DNA of 63,953 nt, counting the filler, from Licmophora abbreviata (lineage: Eukaryota): the NCBI GenBank assembly GCA_900291995.1. It is 9 parts of 9 records of this genome, joined end to end, with 100 filler letters (N's around TTAATTAATTAA, not from the genome) between each part and the next. Parts side by side here need not be neighbours in the genome. Positions count along the whole stretch, not along the records: positions 1 to 10,755 come from OLMU01001241.1; positions 10,856 to 21,876 come from OLMU01001242.1; 7 more parts are not named here. The stretch is one strand, 5' to 3'. Below are positions 1 to 12,861 of this stretch, in pieces. Positions within the stretch are counted from its first letter, which is position 1, and each line of letters begins with the position of its first letter. Position numbers and translations under genes: made by a program. The notes beneath the pieces were generated by a model. That model worked only from the letters and a program-made list of their open reading frames with translations, did not search any database and was not told the origin of the DNA.

Positions 1-1
1 C

Positions 2-3000
2 TATCGTGTCTGCAGGAAGCTTAAGGTCCGAAGCGATGCTCCACCAGGATTGATCTCAAAGCTCGAAAGCGCCGATGACGCCAGACAGGAACGCTCGCTG
101 CTTCAGAAAGAATTGATAGGGATGATGACGAAGGCAGAGACGCTCGTTGAAAGCCTAATCGGACATGTGCACGAGAAAGCGGAAAGTGATAGCGTCTCGC
201 AGATCATTTTTTCCGCGCTGACGGCCGCGACATCTTACATCTCTTTTATTGTGGCGATGCATACGAAACCAGGAAGTGATTATTTCTACACCATACGGCG
301 TCGCAGCCGTACTATGTCGGCTGAGGATTCTTCAATTGAATCTGAAGACATGGATCAGCAGGATCTGGACGAGGTACTTGCTGACTTTCATGATGGATGT
401 GAAACTTTTGGCGCAGCACCTGTCTACCCGGACTGGCTTGACCAGAGTTGCACATGGCAGACAGGTGTGAATAGTGCCGAGGCGACAAAAGTTGCCCAAA
501 GAGCTGTGGATTGCTTGACGAGAATTATATCGATGGCTCATTCAGAGCAGGTCAGAGTAGTCCATGGATCGATTGGCAAGCCTTCGAAATTTTCTGCTTT
601 TGTATCCAGGTTGTGGTGTCTTCGCTTCGGCATGGCCCCTGCGGAGTCAAATACATACAGGAATGATTATTCCCTCGACGAATATATTCGTTCAGTGGAG
701 ATATTGACCGGAGTTGAGTCTGGCGACTTACAGAACCTTTTTGGCGCGTCTGCACTGTATCAGTTCGATATAGAAGGACAAGGCACGTTTCTAACAAATT
801 CCGCCCAACGAATTGTCGGACGATCAGCGGAGATTCGCGACGCAATTGATGGTACCTTAACTTTCAGCGAATACAGGGCAGCTGGAGACTGGGAACTTCT
901 TTTTACCGAATCGCTTGCGTGCGTCACGGTCAAGGTACGAGACGGAATCGATAGCTCGTCGTCCATAGTCGAAACTCATTCTCTAAGGGAACGTTGGCGA
1001 TACCTCTCCGAGATCTGTACAAGCAATCTGATGCCGGCTGCAGCCCTTCTCCGGTTCGCTTTAGAAAACGGATCAGGACGTAAACGCCATCCCCTTGATC
1101 GGCGTTCAAGTCATTCTGTCTCCGGCTCACATTTGACAGAGTTAGATTCATGTCTCTATTTCGACGAATCTGTCAGTGATAGTCCTGAAATCGGCGGGCT
1201 TGATGCGCTCCAGCTTGTGACAATGAGATGCATGGCTTCATTGGCACGTTTCTCTGCTGTCAATGTACATGATCTGGCTTTTAAAAGGTCTTGCCGTGCT
1301 GTCTCGGCGAACCTTATGTCGCGTTCAAAGGACTTTGTAGATCTTGAGGCAATGGAGTTGTTTCGTTTTGTTTTCGAGACTCTGTCCCTTTTGCCCACGT
1401 CAAATGGCAACAAACTCAGAGACCAGGCCACTGCTGTGGTGACGGGGCAGTTGGTCTCCTTTCTGGAATCACATGGTGCCATGTACAAGAGTGACTCGTC
1501 AAGGTTGCTTTTCGAGTTTCTAGTTGGCTCGCGTTCCACATGCTCTTCGTTAGTGAAGCCAAACGTCGACCGCACGACCTTGCTATCGACGATAACAGAA
1601 GACAAAGGATTGGAGGCGTTGAGTTCTGCAAAGAAATGGCAGCGGGACGCATGTCAAGAAGAGGCTTTACAGATTTTGGTTGATCTTCTCTTTGGGAGTC
1701 GGTGGCTCGTAGCCATTGATTCTCGGCAACTGATTGCGGATGTGCTAGGCCGGCTAGTTCAATATGAGTATCGTCAACCGACTTCTTCTTCAGACCTTTC
1801 CAACTTCCTTCTGGCACGGTTTGACAGACTTGGACCTGTCGCCTTTGTCAAAATCATAGAAGACATTCTCGAAGTTAGCGAACCTGAATCACTTGCAAGC
1901 ATGATGAGTCCGCGGCTTTGCAGGCTTTTCATCTATTGTCTAGCTGCCGATACTGACGTGGTATCGAAATACGTTTTCCCTAAATCCCTTCTGTTTGATG
2001 GAATCATCTCTTCTATTGACGCACGTGGTGAGGGCTACGTGACCCAAAAAGACGTGACGGCTTTGTTATTTCTTCTTGGCTGTCGTTACAGCTCTCTCTT
2101 CAAAGCTGGTTCTCTCCTCTTGTCACCTATCAAGTCATCCTCTGGGCCCGCAGCTAACAGAGTGCTTGAGCCAGTTGAGTGTCTATCTTTGCTTATTCGG
2201 CGTCTCAACGAACGTCTGACTAGCGCTACCTCGAGAATCAACTCGTTGCCGGGCCATAAGGCTATTACCGATAGCAAGCAATATCTTTCCGCCTCGGAAT
2301 TACCAGCGACACCTTATCCTGTGAAAGGTGTTCAGACTCCCGAAAGGAATTCACTACCAGATGCCTGCTCTTTTGTGATGCGCGATGGGTTTCACGGACA
2401 GCACTGGTACAACTGCTTCACTTGTGGGCTGGTTTGGGAAAAAGGGTGCTGTTCTCTCTGTGCATTGAAATGTCATAAGGGACACGACGTGGTCTATTCT
2501 CGATTCAGCTCATTTTTCTGCGATTGTGGTGCAGAATCCCCCAGTGCTGACACACAAACTCGCGTGAAATGCACTTGTTTGTCTTCTCTGCCCGATGATG
2601 AAATCGAGCAGCTCTTTGCCAAAGAGTGGTCGCCCCTAATCTGTCGAGATGTGTGTGTCCCACAAGTTGCAATTGAGACTGCCAACAGACCAGTACCAGT
2701 TCATCCCGACATGGGAACTTTGTTCGACGATACGCTCCAGATCGCATGTTCAGCTTTGCGACCTTTCGCTGAGACCTCGCTTGAACGTCTTATGAATGAC
2801 GTCGATGGCGACTCTTGGCCATGCATGCTGTTCGAAATGCTTGCTAGTGAGTGCCAACTCGGTCGTAAAGAAAAAGGGGACATTTATTCTCCGAAAGACA
2901 CGATCGAAGAGGCGCTCCCGACTACTTCTGTGTCGACTGCCGACAGGATCGTGACTCGAGGTGGCACGCAACTGGAGCTTCAAAAGATTTCTGGAAAAGC

Positions 3001-6000
3001 GTTGGTGCCCGTTCAAAGTGCCAGAACGGGTGCCCTGCATTTGAAGTTATCTATTGACGGTACGACGGACCGTCTAAAAAGGGCACTTCTGGCCAAGAAC
3101 AAAGTTCGTAGAAGTGCTCTCGTTGCTGATAGTCGTGGGCGAATCATTGTGGCCGAGCCATGCTGCCTTCTCTTCTGTAGCGTGCTAACTTGGGTAAATG
3201 GTGGGCTTGACTCGCAGCCAGATACTGTGCCGTACGGCCGAAATCAGATGTGTATTCTAGGGAGTGCCCCGTTGAAGTTCAATATCGTCGGCATGCAACT
3301 TTGCCATGAAAATGAGCGCCACCTACTTGTCTGGGGGACGACTGAGGCTTGTATTGTTGTTCTGAACAAGACATGTGACAAGGCAGTGACAACGATTGAA
3401 TTGGAGTTCGAACTCGACCAAAACGAGTGTGAAGCTGATTTTCTCGTAAGGTGCAATTGGCTTCCGGGGTCTCAGACGTCGGTGATTGTTGCATGTGGCC
3501 TGTTCGTGAAAGCGTACGATATGACTCGAAGAGAGGAAAATGGAGAAACTCTTAGCGCCCTTGCAAGCTACTATATCGAGGTCGATGAAATTCTCAGAGA
3601 CGCGACGTTCCCTCCGATCGCTGCCGCACCAGATACCCATGAAGAGCGGACAGTGCCGTTGCTGCTGCTCTTTGACACGGGGAGGCTTCGCCGATTAACT
3701 CTGCAACTGGACGCGAAGTGGGAACTGATAAGCACAGGTGACGATTATATACACAAAGACGAAGGTATTCCCTTTTCTGTAGGAGGAATGAGACGCCACC
3801 GAGGCGGAACTCCGATGGCGGCAGGAATTATCTCTCAAAGCCTTGGTGAGGGCTCCAGTCTAGCTTCCCTTAGGGTTAGCGGGGTAGTTCTCTACCAGTG
3901 TGCTGATTCCTGCGTATTGGCAATGAAGGTGGATCGAAATGGGGCTGTTTCTTCAACTTTTGAGTTGCTCCCCAACCTTATCTCGTCCTCTATCCTTGGT
4001 AACGGTTTGGATGGCTACAACATCACGGGCCCTTTCACACACTGGACTGAACTGGGCACTGTTCAGAAAGATGATGGGGTCTATTTTAGAGCGGTGTGCG
4101 TTGGCAAGTCCTCGAAGACTAGCCAACCAAAGCTCCTTTGTGTTGATTTTAATGACTCTTTGACGTCTGTGAAAGAACCAATATGGTCAGTAGGGGGCTC
4201 TGGTGGTCTAGGGCTCAGTCTTAGCTCGTCGTTTGAAGGACTGGCAGCGTTCTCTTCGCCAATGTTCTTGAACGAGGACGCTTTAGCTGTCGACTCATCA
4301 TTTGAACGGGCGTTTTTGGCTGCAGTCACCTCTAGCGGTTCTTTGCTAATATTCGGGGAGCAAACTCCGGGGAGCAATCCTTTAGCCGGCGAGCCTCCTA
4401 TCGCAGATGAAACAGTTTTGAACCGACGAGTTATGAGCGACTCGATTCGTAGTCCCCCGTCTTCAGGGCGAGCTAGAGTTGACAGCCCAATGCATGCAGC
4501 ACAGTTCAAAAGGGGATTTCCAGTCACATATTTTGAGCAACTTATTAATGTCAGTGAGTCAGAAGCTGTCGTGTATGGTGGGGATGGCGTCGGCAGGTAT
4601 GTGATTGTTTGATTAAAGCTCGTTTCATGGAAGCCGTTGCTCACTTTTGCTTTATTTGCTGGCAGTGATCCATCCGGTGCCAAGACGAGACTTTCTCCCA
4701 AAAGCAACGTGTATCTCATGTGCCCTTCCCGCGATGGCTCCACCATTACTGTGTCACTGGAACGAGGGCAGTGCAGGACTGTGACCGATGAGTCTGGTCC
4801 TTTTCCCAGGTGACATTCTGCCAGACGACCTCGCTCTCGCCGCTGTCAGACTTCTCGTTGGGTCAACATCGACGGAATTCATTCCAAAGTACGTATCTGT
4901 GGGAGGGAGACGCGTCGAGATGAGACGCGGTATCAAGCGGTGGTATGAGTTTCCTCTTTCGGCTGCGGAGACATCCCTTAGCCTGCGAAATGGTTTTGTG
5001 ACTGTTGTGGTTGGCCCGTCCTTCGACTGTATGAACAGCCCTGTAATCGATGCTCTGGAAGTCTACGCAATCGAGAAACAGAAAGTCGACCACTGGCTAC
5101 CGAAAAGGCTCTGCACGAAGCCCTTGGCTATCGAAGAGGGCAGGGGTTCGTCAGCGACAAGTTGCAACAGCGGTGTCAGTCGACCGGAGGTTGAGGTTTT
5201 TGTTTCTGGTACCAGAGCGCTCAGAAACTTGTACCGAGTTCTTGGAAGGCCGTCGGACGAGATCGCTGACATCCATCTGGACACGCTGAAAAGCATACTT
5301 CGAAGATTTGCGCTCGATCGCGATGATACTGTGCATCGAAGCATTGCAGAACTTTTATGTGAAATCGAAACAGACGCCTCCATACGAAAGGAACTTCTAG
5401 ACGAGGCGACGATCTCTGGCATGGCAAACGCATTGCGAAGCTGCCGAGGGCACTTGAAGTCGAATCTTACTGAAGATACCGATCCCAGTCGGCTGAGACC
5501 CGCAGGAGTCATTTCGCTTTTCGGCAGGTGTCTGCAGGGCGCTGCGGCGATATGTGTGGCACGTCCACGTAGCTATGTGAAAGCAACCTCACGATTGATT
5601 TCGAACAGCAGTATTTCGGAAGATTCGATTGCTACCCTGGCACTTCAAATACTGCCTTTATGCACACACACAGAAAATTCCCAGATCCTCAAGCTTATTC
5701 CTGACATCACGAATCTGGCACTGACCGAGGCCGCCTACACAGCGCCATGTGGTGGGCCCCAGTCGCTCACATCCTTCGAGGAAATTTCGAAGCTGTTGGT
5801 TTCCGAAGTCACGGCTTTCTCTGAGAAATGCTGTTCAGCTGCCGCATCCTTCGTCGACAGGGGCTTGATACGTGAAGGATCTGCCGAGGCGAGCGCAGAC
5901 GAACCCAAAGGTACAACGTACAAGTGCGATAGCTGCTCACTGGTCCCCATTCAAACCGAGCGCTTCACGCTGCTGGAGAACGAGAATGACGTCGACCTCT

Positions 6001-9000
6001 GCATCGAGTGTTTTTCATTAGCCTTTGACTTCGCCGCTAAGCGGGCTTTCGACCCTCAAGTGTCAGTCGTAGTGCATGGGAGTACCATCAGTGGCAGCAA
6101 GAAGTTGACTTGCTCCGACATGAAACAGATGCGACGCGTTACTCTGCCAGAAGGCGTAAGCACAAGCGCGAATGCTCCAGGCGCTGACTTGTCTATGGAC
6201 GAGGATGCAGATCTTGATCTTGCTCTTCGACTCAGTCGGGGCGAAGACATTGCCATGGTTGCAACAAACAAAACATCGATCTTCTCTTTTGCTTTCGAAG
6301 ATTTTACAAAAAGGCTGTTCTCCGATACGCTAAAGCTGATGATTGGTTGCCTTTCTAGCGATATCAAGGGAGACCCCGTCTGTTTGACCAAGCTACTTCT
6401 TGCTATAATACAAGCGTCACGCGGTGGTACTCTCAAAATTGATCTTTCGAAGAAGTTTGCTAGAGCTATCGTTGGACGAATAGTTTTGGTCGTTCAGAGC
6501 GGTACCGCCAAAAATGCCGTGGGCACACCTTCTCTGTCGCTCTTGGAAGGGCTTCTCCGCTCCTTGTCCAGCCTCTTCATAGGACTGGACTCTGGCAGCG
6601 TATTCGACCCGACATCCATCGAGACTAAAACTGAGAGAAAGACTGACCCTCGGTTTGTCTGCGATGTGCACGGGGTTCCAGCTGTCCGCCGTCGATCCTC
6701 ACAAGGAGAGCACAAGAATAGAAGGTTCTACGTGTGTGGGATGGATCGGGAGAATCGTTGTAAGTATTTCAAATGGGCGGACGACGAAGAAAGTCCAGCT
6801 GATACGAGGCACCTCGTGACCGAAATGGGAAAACATGTTTGGGGACTTCTCTCGACACCCTCTGGAATTGGCTCCGCACCTCTGCACGTGCAGCTCTGTT
6901 GGATGCTTGAGAGCGATGCCAGTCGAATTGGTCTCGCAAAGTCAATGGGGTCGCTTGGGCAAGGTAAGACAGAAGATACGAAAGACTCGGCTTCAGCGGT
7001 ACCGAGCCTACGTGGACGCAACGAAGCAGCCCTCGACTACGCCGATGGTGTTTACTGCTCGAGACAAAAGCTTGCTGGGGCCTTGTGCATGACTGACGAC
7101 AACCTCACGGGAGGTCAACTAAGTATGCCTTCATCACTCTCGCAAGCTGAACAAAACGAATCTAGTTTGTTGGAAGCGACTCTACACCTGCTGTCGTTGG
7201 TTGCCGGTAGCTCAGGAACGGATGCAAGCGTGAGTGGCGATGATGGTCCATCGAGGTGGTTTCCTCTTCTCTGTGAAGTGATATCATCGGGTTTGCATGA
7301 CGGTATCCGGGCTGAGGCAAAGACAGCGCTCAAGCGTCTCTGTGGAGGGCATAGAGATCTATATCTCAGTATCCGCGACCGACATGGGTATTCGTCTCAG
7401 TTCCGAAACGCATTACGTGGTTCGTATATATCACTTCGATACGGTCTGGACACGAGAGAACGGGCACGACAGTGCGGCGCACATTGGGCGGTTGGTGAGC
7501 GATTAACGTGGCCGCGTTTGTCCGCCGGAGGCCTAATAGGGACGCACCAACTTATATCAGAGGACTCGGTGCGTGTGAAGGACGCGAGGAAGACAGTGCT
7601 CGCACTGAACGAAATGCTGAAAGTGGCGAAAGCTCGCGGAGAGAACTGGAAGCAGTTTTGTGGGCAGACGGTTGTACCAAACTTACGGCACCCGTCTGAA
7701 GGAAGCGAAGATCAGGCGAGTAGCACAGGACTGAACTTACCAGACGTGTTCGATGTCCCCCCTGTCGTTTCTCTTCTGTGGATCGCCTGCTCGATACCGG
7801 GCCCGATCCAGCTCAAGGCCTTGAAGCTTCTCGATGCTTCTCTGAATAATGACACTGACATTCAGAAACCACCAATTCGGTCTTTTCCGCCGGTCGAGTT
7901 GCTTTGTGATGACAATGAACTTGGAAGTACCGACGGAGAGCCTGAGATTGTTGACAGTAGAAAAGTCGAGTCGGAAAGTGCGTCGGAGGACGCGGGAGGT
8001 CCCACCTTGCGACCGATCAATATTCTCACAAGAGGGCCAAGAGCACTCTCCGTTCGCGAGGTGTATGCGTTCACTGTTCAGAATGTGCTGCTGGGCAGCT
8101 CTTTGGAGCTGAGGAAGTCTGCGAGTCAAGTTTCCGCCTGTTTTTATGACTCACTCGGCACCCCTGACTTTGAATGGATATTGGAAATAACAGTCCGCCG
8201 GACATTGGAGAGTGTGGCCACGCATGGCGGCGTGTGTCTCAACGCGCTTCGCCTTCTTCATGCGGTCATACAGACCCCACGAGGCTTGCCGCCACGAAAT
8301 TTGACCAGCTTGGCGGGAACGGTGGTATCCTGCTATTTGCAACAGATGCAGACCCTGAGGTCCGTAGCAGCTGGGACAACAGATAGCGTAGTCGTATTGG
8401 ACGCATCGAATACCGAGGACGAAAAGGAGCATGTCCGTAAGAAGTTTGACCTTTCCTACTGTGTACATTGCCACCGTGCTTCAGCGGGACACGCGCCTAA
8501 AGCATCGGATCGTGAAACAACCGCAAGCTCGCAAGACTCGCAAGCAAACCGCGCGAGCAGTGCGAACGCTAGATTGGGAACTACGGGCGGCGCAGATCTG
8601 GCTATCAACAGAAACCAGTCGTCGCGAACTACAAAGTGGCTCCCCAACCAGGTTCGACCATTTCTCAAGACATGTATTGAAGAACTCGAGACCGACTCAG
8701 TTAGCAGCGAGTTTGCCTACTACAGCCGTCTCAGAGGTAGACTTGCTATATCGGAGATTCACCTCACGGTAATGGACGCTCGAGGTCGCTTTGCAAAGAC
8801 AATTGTTGTTCACTTTACGCCGCGACCTGTATCGCATGTGGATCAACTCAGGAGCGACGAGGTTGTTGGCAAGTGGCAGGAATGCGCCAAACTCACTCTC
8901 CCTCGCGGCGCGACGCGTGTGTCTTGCACGCTCTCGGAACCCATTGTGGCAGCCAACATTATGATTGAATACGTCGATTTCTACGAGCGCCCTGGTGGAT

Positions 9001-10379
9001 CAACCGCCGAGGACGGGTCGGTCTTGGTTCATTGTCCCCGCTGCACGCGTGTGGTCAGCAATGCGCACGGCGTCTGCGGCAACTGTGGAGAGGTGGCTTT
9101 TCAATGCCGCAAGTGCCGCCATATCAACTACGATCGTCTCGACGCATTTCTGTGCGTGGAGTGTGGCTACTGCGCTGCTGGTACTTTTAGCTACGAACTC
9201 ACGGCCGGTATGGCTTCCAGTGCCGTGGCCATTGTAGACGACGAAAGCTACAAGCGCACTCTCAGTGTCTTGAGCGCATGCAGACAGCTACACGCTGAAC
9301 TGCAGGCGGCGCTCGTGGAAAAGGTGAGAACCGCTACAACCAAACGACCGCATACCGAAGACGAGTCAATTGTCAGCGACTTTACGCCGGCGCTCAAGCG
9401 AGCCTACTTGGGGAAGCTACCTTTACTAGAGGAGGAGGATCAAGAGAGTGGCGCAGAAGGTACTGCAAATTCAACAGCAGCACCAGCCGAGACAACGATT
9501 CGTGCTTCGAACGAAAGCAATCGCGGTTCGGCATCCAGTCGCGCCAGCTCTATCCTTCGTCTTGCCCGTCAACTGCGAAATGACACGAACAGAGGAGGCT
9601 TACTGTTGCGAAGCGGTGATTCGTCTTCGATTCTAGATGGAATTGACGACGATATTTTGTTGAGTGGATTAGAATCATCTGATCCACTGGCTCAGATTGT
9701 GGCGAGCATGACGCGTCGTGCCACGCGCAGCAACAATAACAACAACCATTCTAGCGATCCTTCCGGTCGCGTATCTCGCATCCAAAACACTACAACGACG
9801 ACGGCAACGACAGTAGCAGTGTCTCCAAAAGCAACCTTGGAAGAATGCGAACAGATGCATCAGTTGATGCGAGATACAGAACGAGAGTGTTTCGAGTTGG
9901 AAGAGCGCGTTCGTGCGTGGGAGCGATTGGAGGAGGATCGATTGTTGAATGATGATGAGAATACCTCTGCTTCAAGTCCACCACCATTCTCCTTTCACCC
10001 CTGCCAATGTTCCAAGTGTTCCTCTCTCGTTACGTTGAACATTTTGATTCTGTGCAAGTTACTTATTCAAAGCGACAATGCAACGACACAGCAACAAGGC
10101 ACTAGTACAATCACCCGACCCTTCATTCGCGGCCTCTTTGCAGAATTCCGCGGCCTGGACAAGAGCTTGCAGACCGCGAAACGCAACACTATTGTGGAGC
10201 TTGCCACTACGACCAAGGTGGGCTCGAAACTGATTTTGGAAGAATTGAGAGCACGATTGAACATTATGGACGACCCCATGTCGGCTGAGGTCTTGGGCAA
10301 GCTCATATCGATGGATACTGTATCCGAGCTTTCGGAAGACTATCTGCGTCTTGCGAAAGAGACTCTTGGTGGTTGGTAG
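2..10379 (+). CDS. UBR4: UBR4/BIG (p600/Pushover)-like giant protein, 5'-truncated by window; intron 4597-4665; 1-nt frameshift near 4801-4807
   Basis: UBR-box (CSF..QHWYNCFTCGL..GCCSLCALKCHKGHDV..FFCDCG, ~2366-2580), beta-propeller-like region, FPVTYFEQ and IPKYVSVGGR..KRWYEFPL segments typical of BIG, ZZ-like finger (~5919-6015), Cys-rich CPRC..CGNCGE..QCRKCRHINYD..FLCVECGYC (~9033-9173). Frame is open from base 2. GTATGT..GGCAG intron joins the two ORFs; the exon-2 frame hits TGA at 4811-4813 unless one base is removed. Confidence 0.93.
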
Positions 10380-10755
10380 ACTAGGAGAGACTACCGATAG
10401 TACTCTCGTAGAGAAGAAGAAAGATGAAGTATGAGTTTTAGTAAACTATATCATTTCGATGGAAGATAGTATTGAGGCGCCGTATGATCCAACCGTTGAC
10501 AGAGGCAGCGAAAGTAGTGCCTGCATCCTAAGATTAGAATAATGGCTATGAGCGTAGCTAGACGCACCGGTTCTCTCCATGGAATGACTACATGTACTGT
10601 GTCACAACTCCAGTCATTAAGTTAATACGATTTGTCACAAAGACCCTTACGTGTATGTTTGAATGTATGTTATTTTGCGTTGAAACGGATGGTGCCCTAT
10701 GTATTGCATGTCGGCACGCGCGGTTGATAGCTCTAAAAATGGCGCGAGGAAAAAG

Positions 10756-10855
10756 NNNNNNNNNNNNNNNNNNNNNNNNNNNNNNNNNNNNNNNNNNNNT
10801 TAATTAATTAANNNNNNNNNNNNNNNNNNNNNNNNNNNNNNNNNNNNNNNNNNNN
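10756..10855. other. Artificial scaffold gap/linker (44N-TTAATTAATTAA-44N)
   Basis: Six-frame stop linker embedded in Ns; identical 100-nt structure at all eight gaps. Confidence 0.98.
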
Positions 10856-11041
10856 TACAAGAGTGCCTGTGCAGAGTGAGTCCATCATGCTCCTGGCATA
10901 TTCAATATGGCCCTGGACGTCTAGACTAGCTACAGAGTCTAGCATCGTCTAGAGAGGAGAAGTATCATTTCATATCTTCTTCCAGTCAGTCCGTGAGGTT
11001 CCTCCAGAACAACAAGTCGATCCTTCTTATTATAAAAAATC

Positions 11042-12805
11042 ATGTCGTACTTGGGCAAGTCTCCATTGGGCGGCGCTGCGGGCGGTCCCTCCCCCTTTCT
11101 TGACACGATCCAGGAAGACGGCAGCAGCATGGCCGACGGTGCTTCGACAGCCTCTTCTCTTTACTCACAACAGCAGCAGCAGCAGCATCGCAGTAGTAAA
11201 CAACGATGGTGGGATGTCATGACGACTTCTCGTACCAAAGCATCCAACGATGCGACGTCGTCGGTAGGAGGAGCACCCAGTTCCACACGGGGCATGGAAG
11301 CAGGACACTACGGTGTAGACAGCGATGCGGGGACGAGACAACCGAGAATCGACAAGATGCAGCGCGACGACGAGGCGAGGAAGGTCCCGATACGTCTGCC
11401 TTTACTAGTTCTACGAGTACTTCTCTACGTCGTCGAAGACTCACGTGGGGACTAGGGATACTCTTACTACTCCTCACTGCAGCGTTGGCAGTGGGCATTT
11501 ACTTTATTGTCGATCAAAATAACAGCAACAACAGCAACGGTGCAACAGATCCTCCCACGACTACAACTATGCCACCACCTCCATCACCCTCTCCTCCTAC
11601 TTTACCTTCTTCGTCACTTTCTCCCACGACCCTCCAGGATTTGGAACTGACTCAAGTCTTTTTATCGACACTGTCTTCACAAGACTCCCTCAACGACCCG
11701 AACAGTCCTCAAAGTAACACATTCGATTGGTTCTTGTATGAAGACGCGGCTCAAATTACAGTCCCGTCGCACGGCTCTGAACGATGCAAACAGCGATATA
11801 CAATGGCAGTCTTGTTCAATGCATTGCGCGATACGAGTGATGTTGCGCCATCCTCCTCGCACGAGTGCGATTGGGAGGGAGTCGAGTGCAAAGAGGATGA
11901 CACCATTGTCTATCGAGTCCTATGGGAAGGACAGAATCTCGCTGGTCGGATTCCAGACGAAATTCAATGGCTGCAAGAACACCTCGAAAGACTGAGCTTT
12001 TTCAACAATACACTCGTCGGCAGTTTGCCAGAGGCACTTTGGAGTTTGACACTGCTCTCACTCTTGGATGTCAGTGAAAATCAACTCACGGGGACTCTGT
12101 CATCTACCATGTGGACCTTGTCAGAATTGCAATTTCTATACTTGAATGAGAACAATTTTAATGGGAGTTTGGCGCAAATAGGAGGGTCGTTGCCGCTCAA
12201 ACAATTGTGGTTGTATGACAATGACATGGTGGGGCCTCTGCCGACCGAGTTGCATTTGCTCGAATCCTTGAGTGAGTGTTTGCGATAGCAGTGTGTGTAT
12301 GTACGGGCCTATTGGACTCTTTCGCTTTTCTCACGCTTACCAAAACGACAACACTACAGGCTCTCTGGTACTCTATGGCAATTCCTTTGATTCCAAACTC
12401 CCCGAAACCTGGTCGTCTCTGTCTCGGTTGGCGTATCTGGATCTGTCGTTCAATGCCTTTACCGGTGCTATCCCTCTGGATATGTATTCCTTGGAGTCCC
12501 TTACCTATCTATATGTCAATGACAATGCGTTGCAGGGAAACTTGTCTGCTGCCGTCGGACAATTGACATCATTGGAAGAAGCGTGGTTGCAATCCAATCA
12601 ACTCACGGGTCTGATACCGAATGCGTACGGGACACTATCGAACTTGACCGTGTTGTTGTTGCACGACAACGAATTGTCGGGGGAGGTACCCGACAGTCTG
12701 TGTGAGCTTGTAGACAGTGGGTCGCTTGTGCGTTTGGACACGGACTGTAACGATACGTTTGCACAGAACTATGTCGACTGCGATTGTTGTACAGAGTGCC
12801 ACTAA
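11042..12805 (+). CDS. Type II single-pass membrane leucine-rich-repeat protein (diatom LRR family); frameshift near 11330, intron 12272-12359
   Basis: Disordered N-terminus, RRRR followed by TM (LTWGLGILLLLLTAALAVGIYFIV), Pro/Ser/Thr stalk, QRYTMAVLF..HECDWEGVEC cap, plant-type LxxLxLxxNxLxGxIP repeats, C-terminal DC..CDCCTEC. One extra G at GGGG 11329-11332 joins the 11042 and 11206 ORFs; GTGAGT..TACAG intron keeps frame. Confidence 0.85.
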
Positions 12806-12861
12806 CCACAAGAACGACGAGAAAGACTTTTTTGAACAAGAGTAATTTCTTCGTATGTTGT

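Noticed and set aside
4751..4810. A second small intron ending at TTTTCCCAG (4809) to explain the UBR4 frame change
   Set aside because: No GT donor of the required phase downstream of the conserved ITVSL segment; a one-base indel is simpler.
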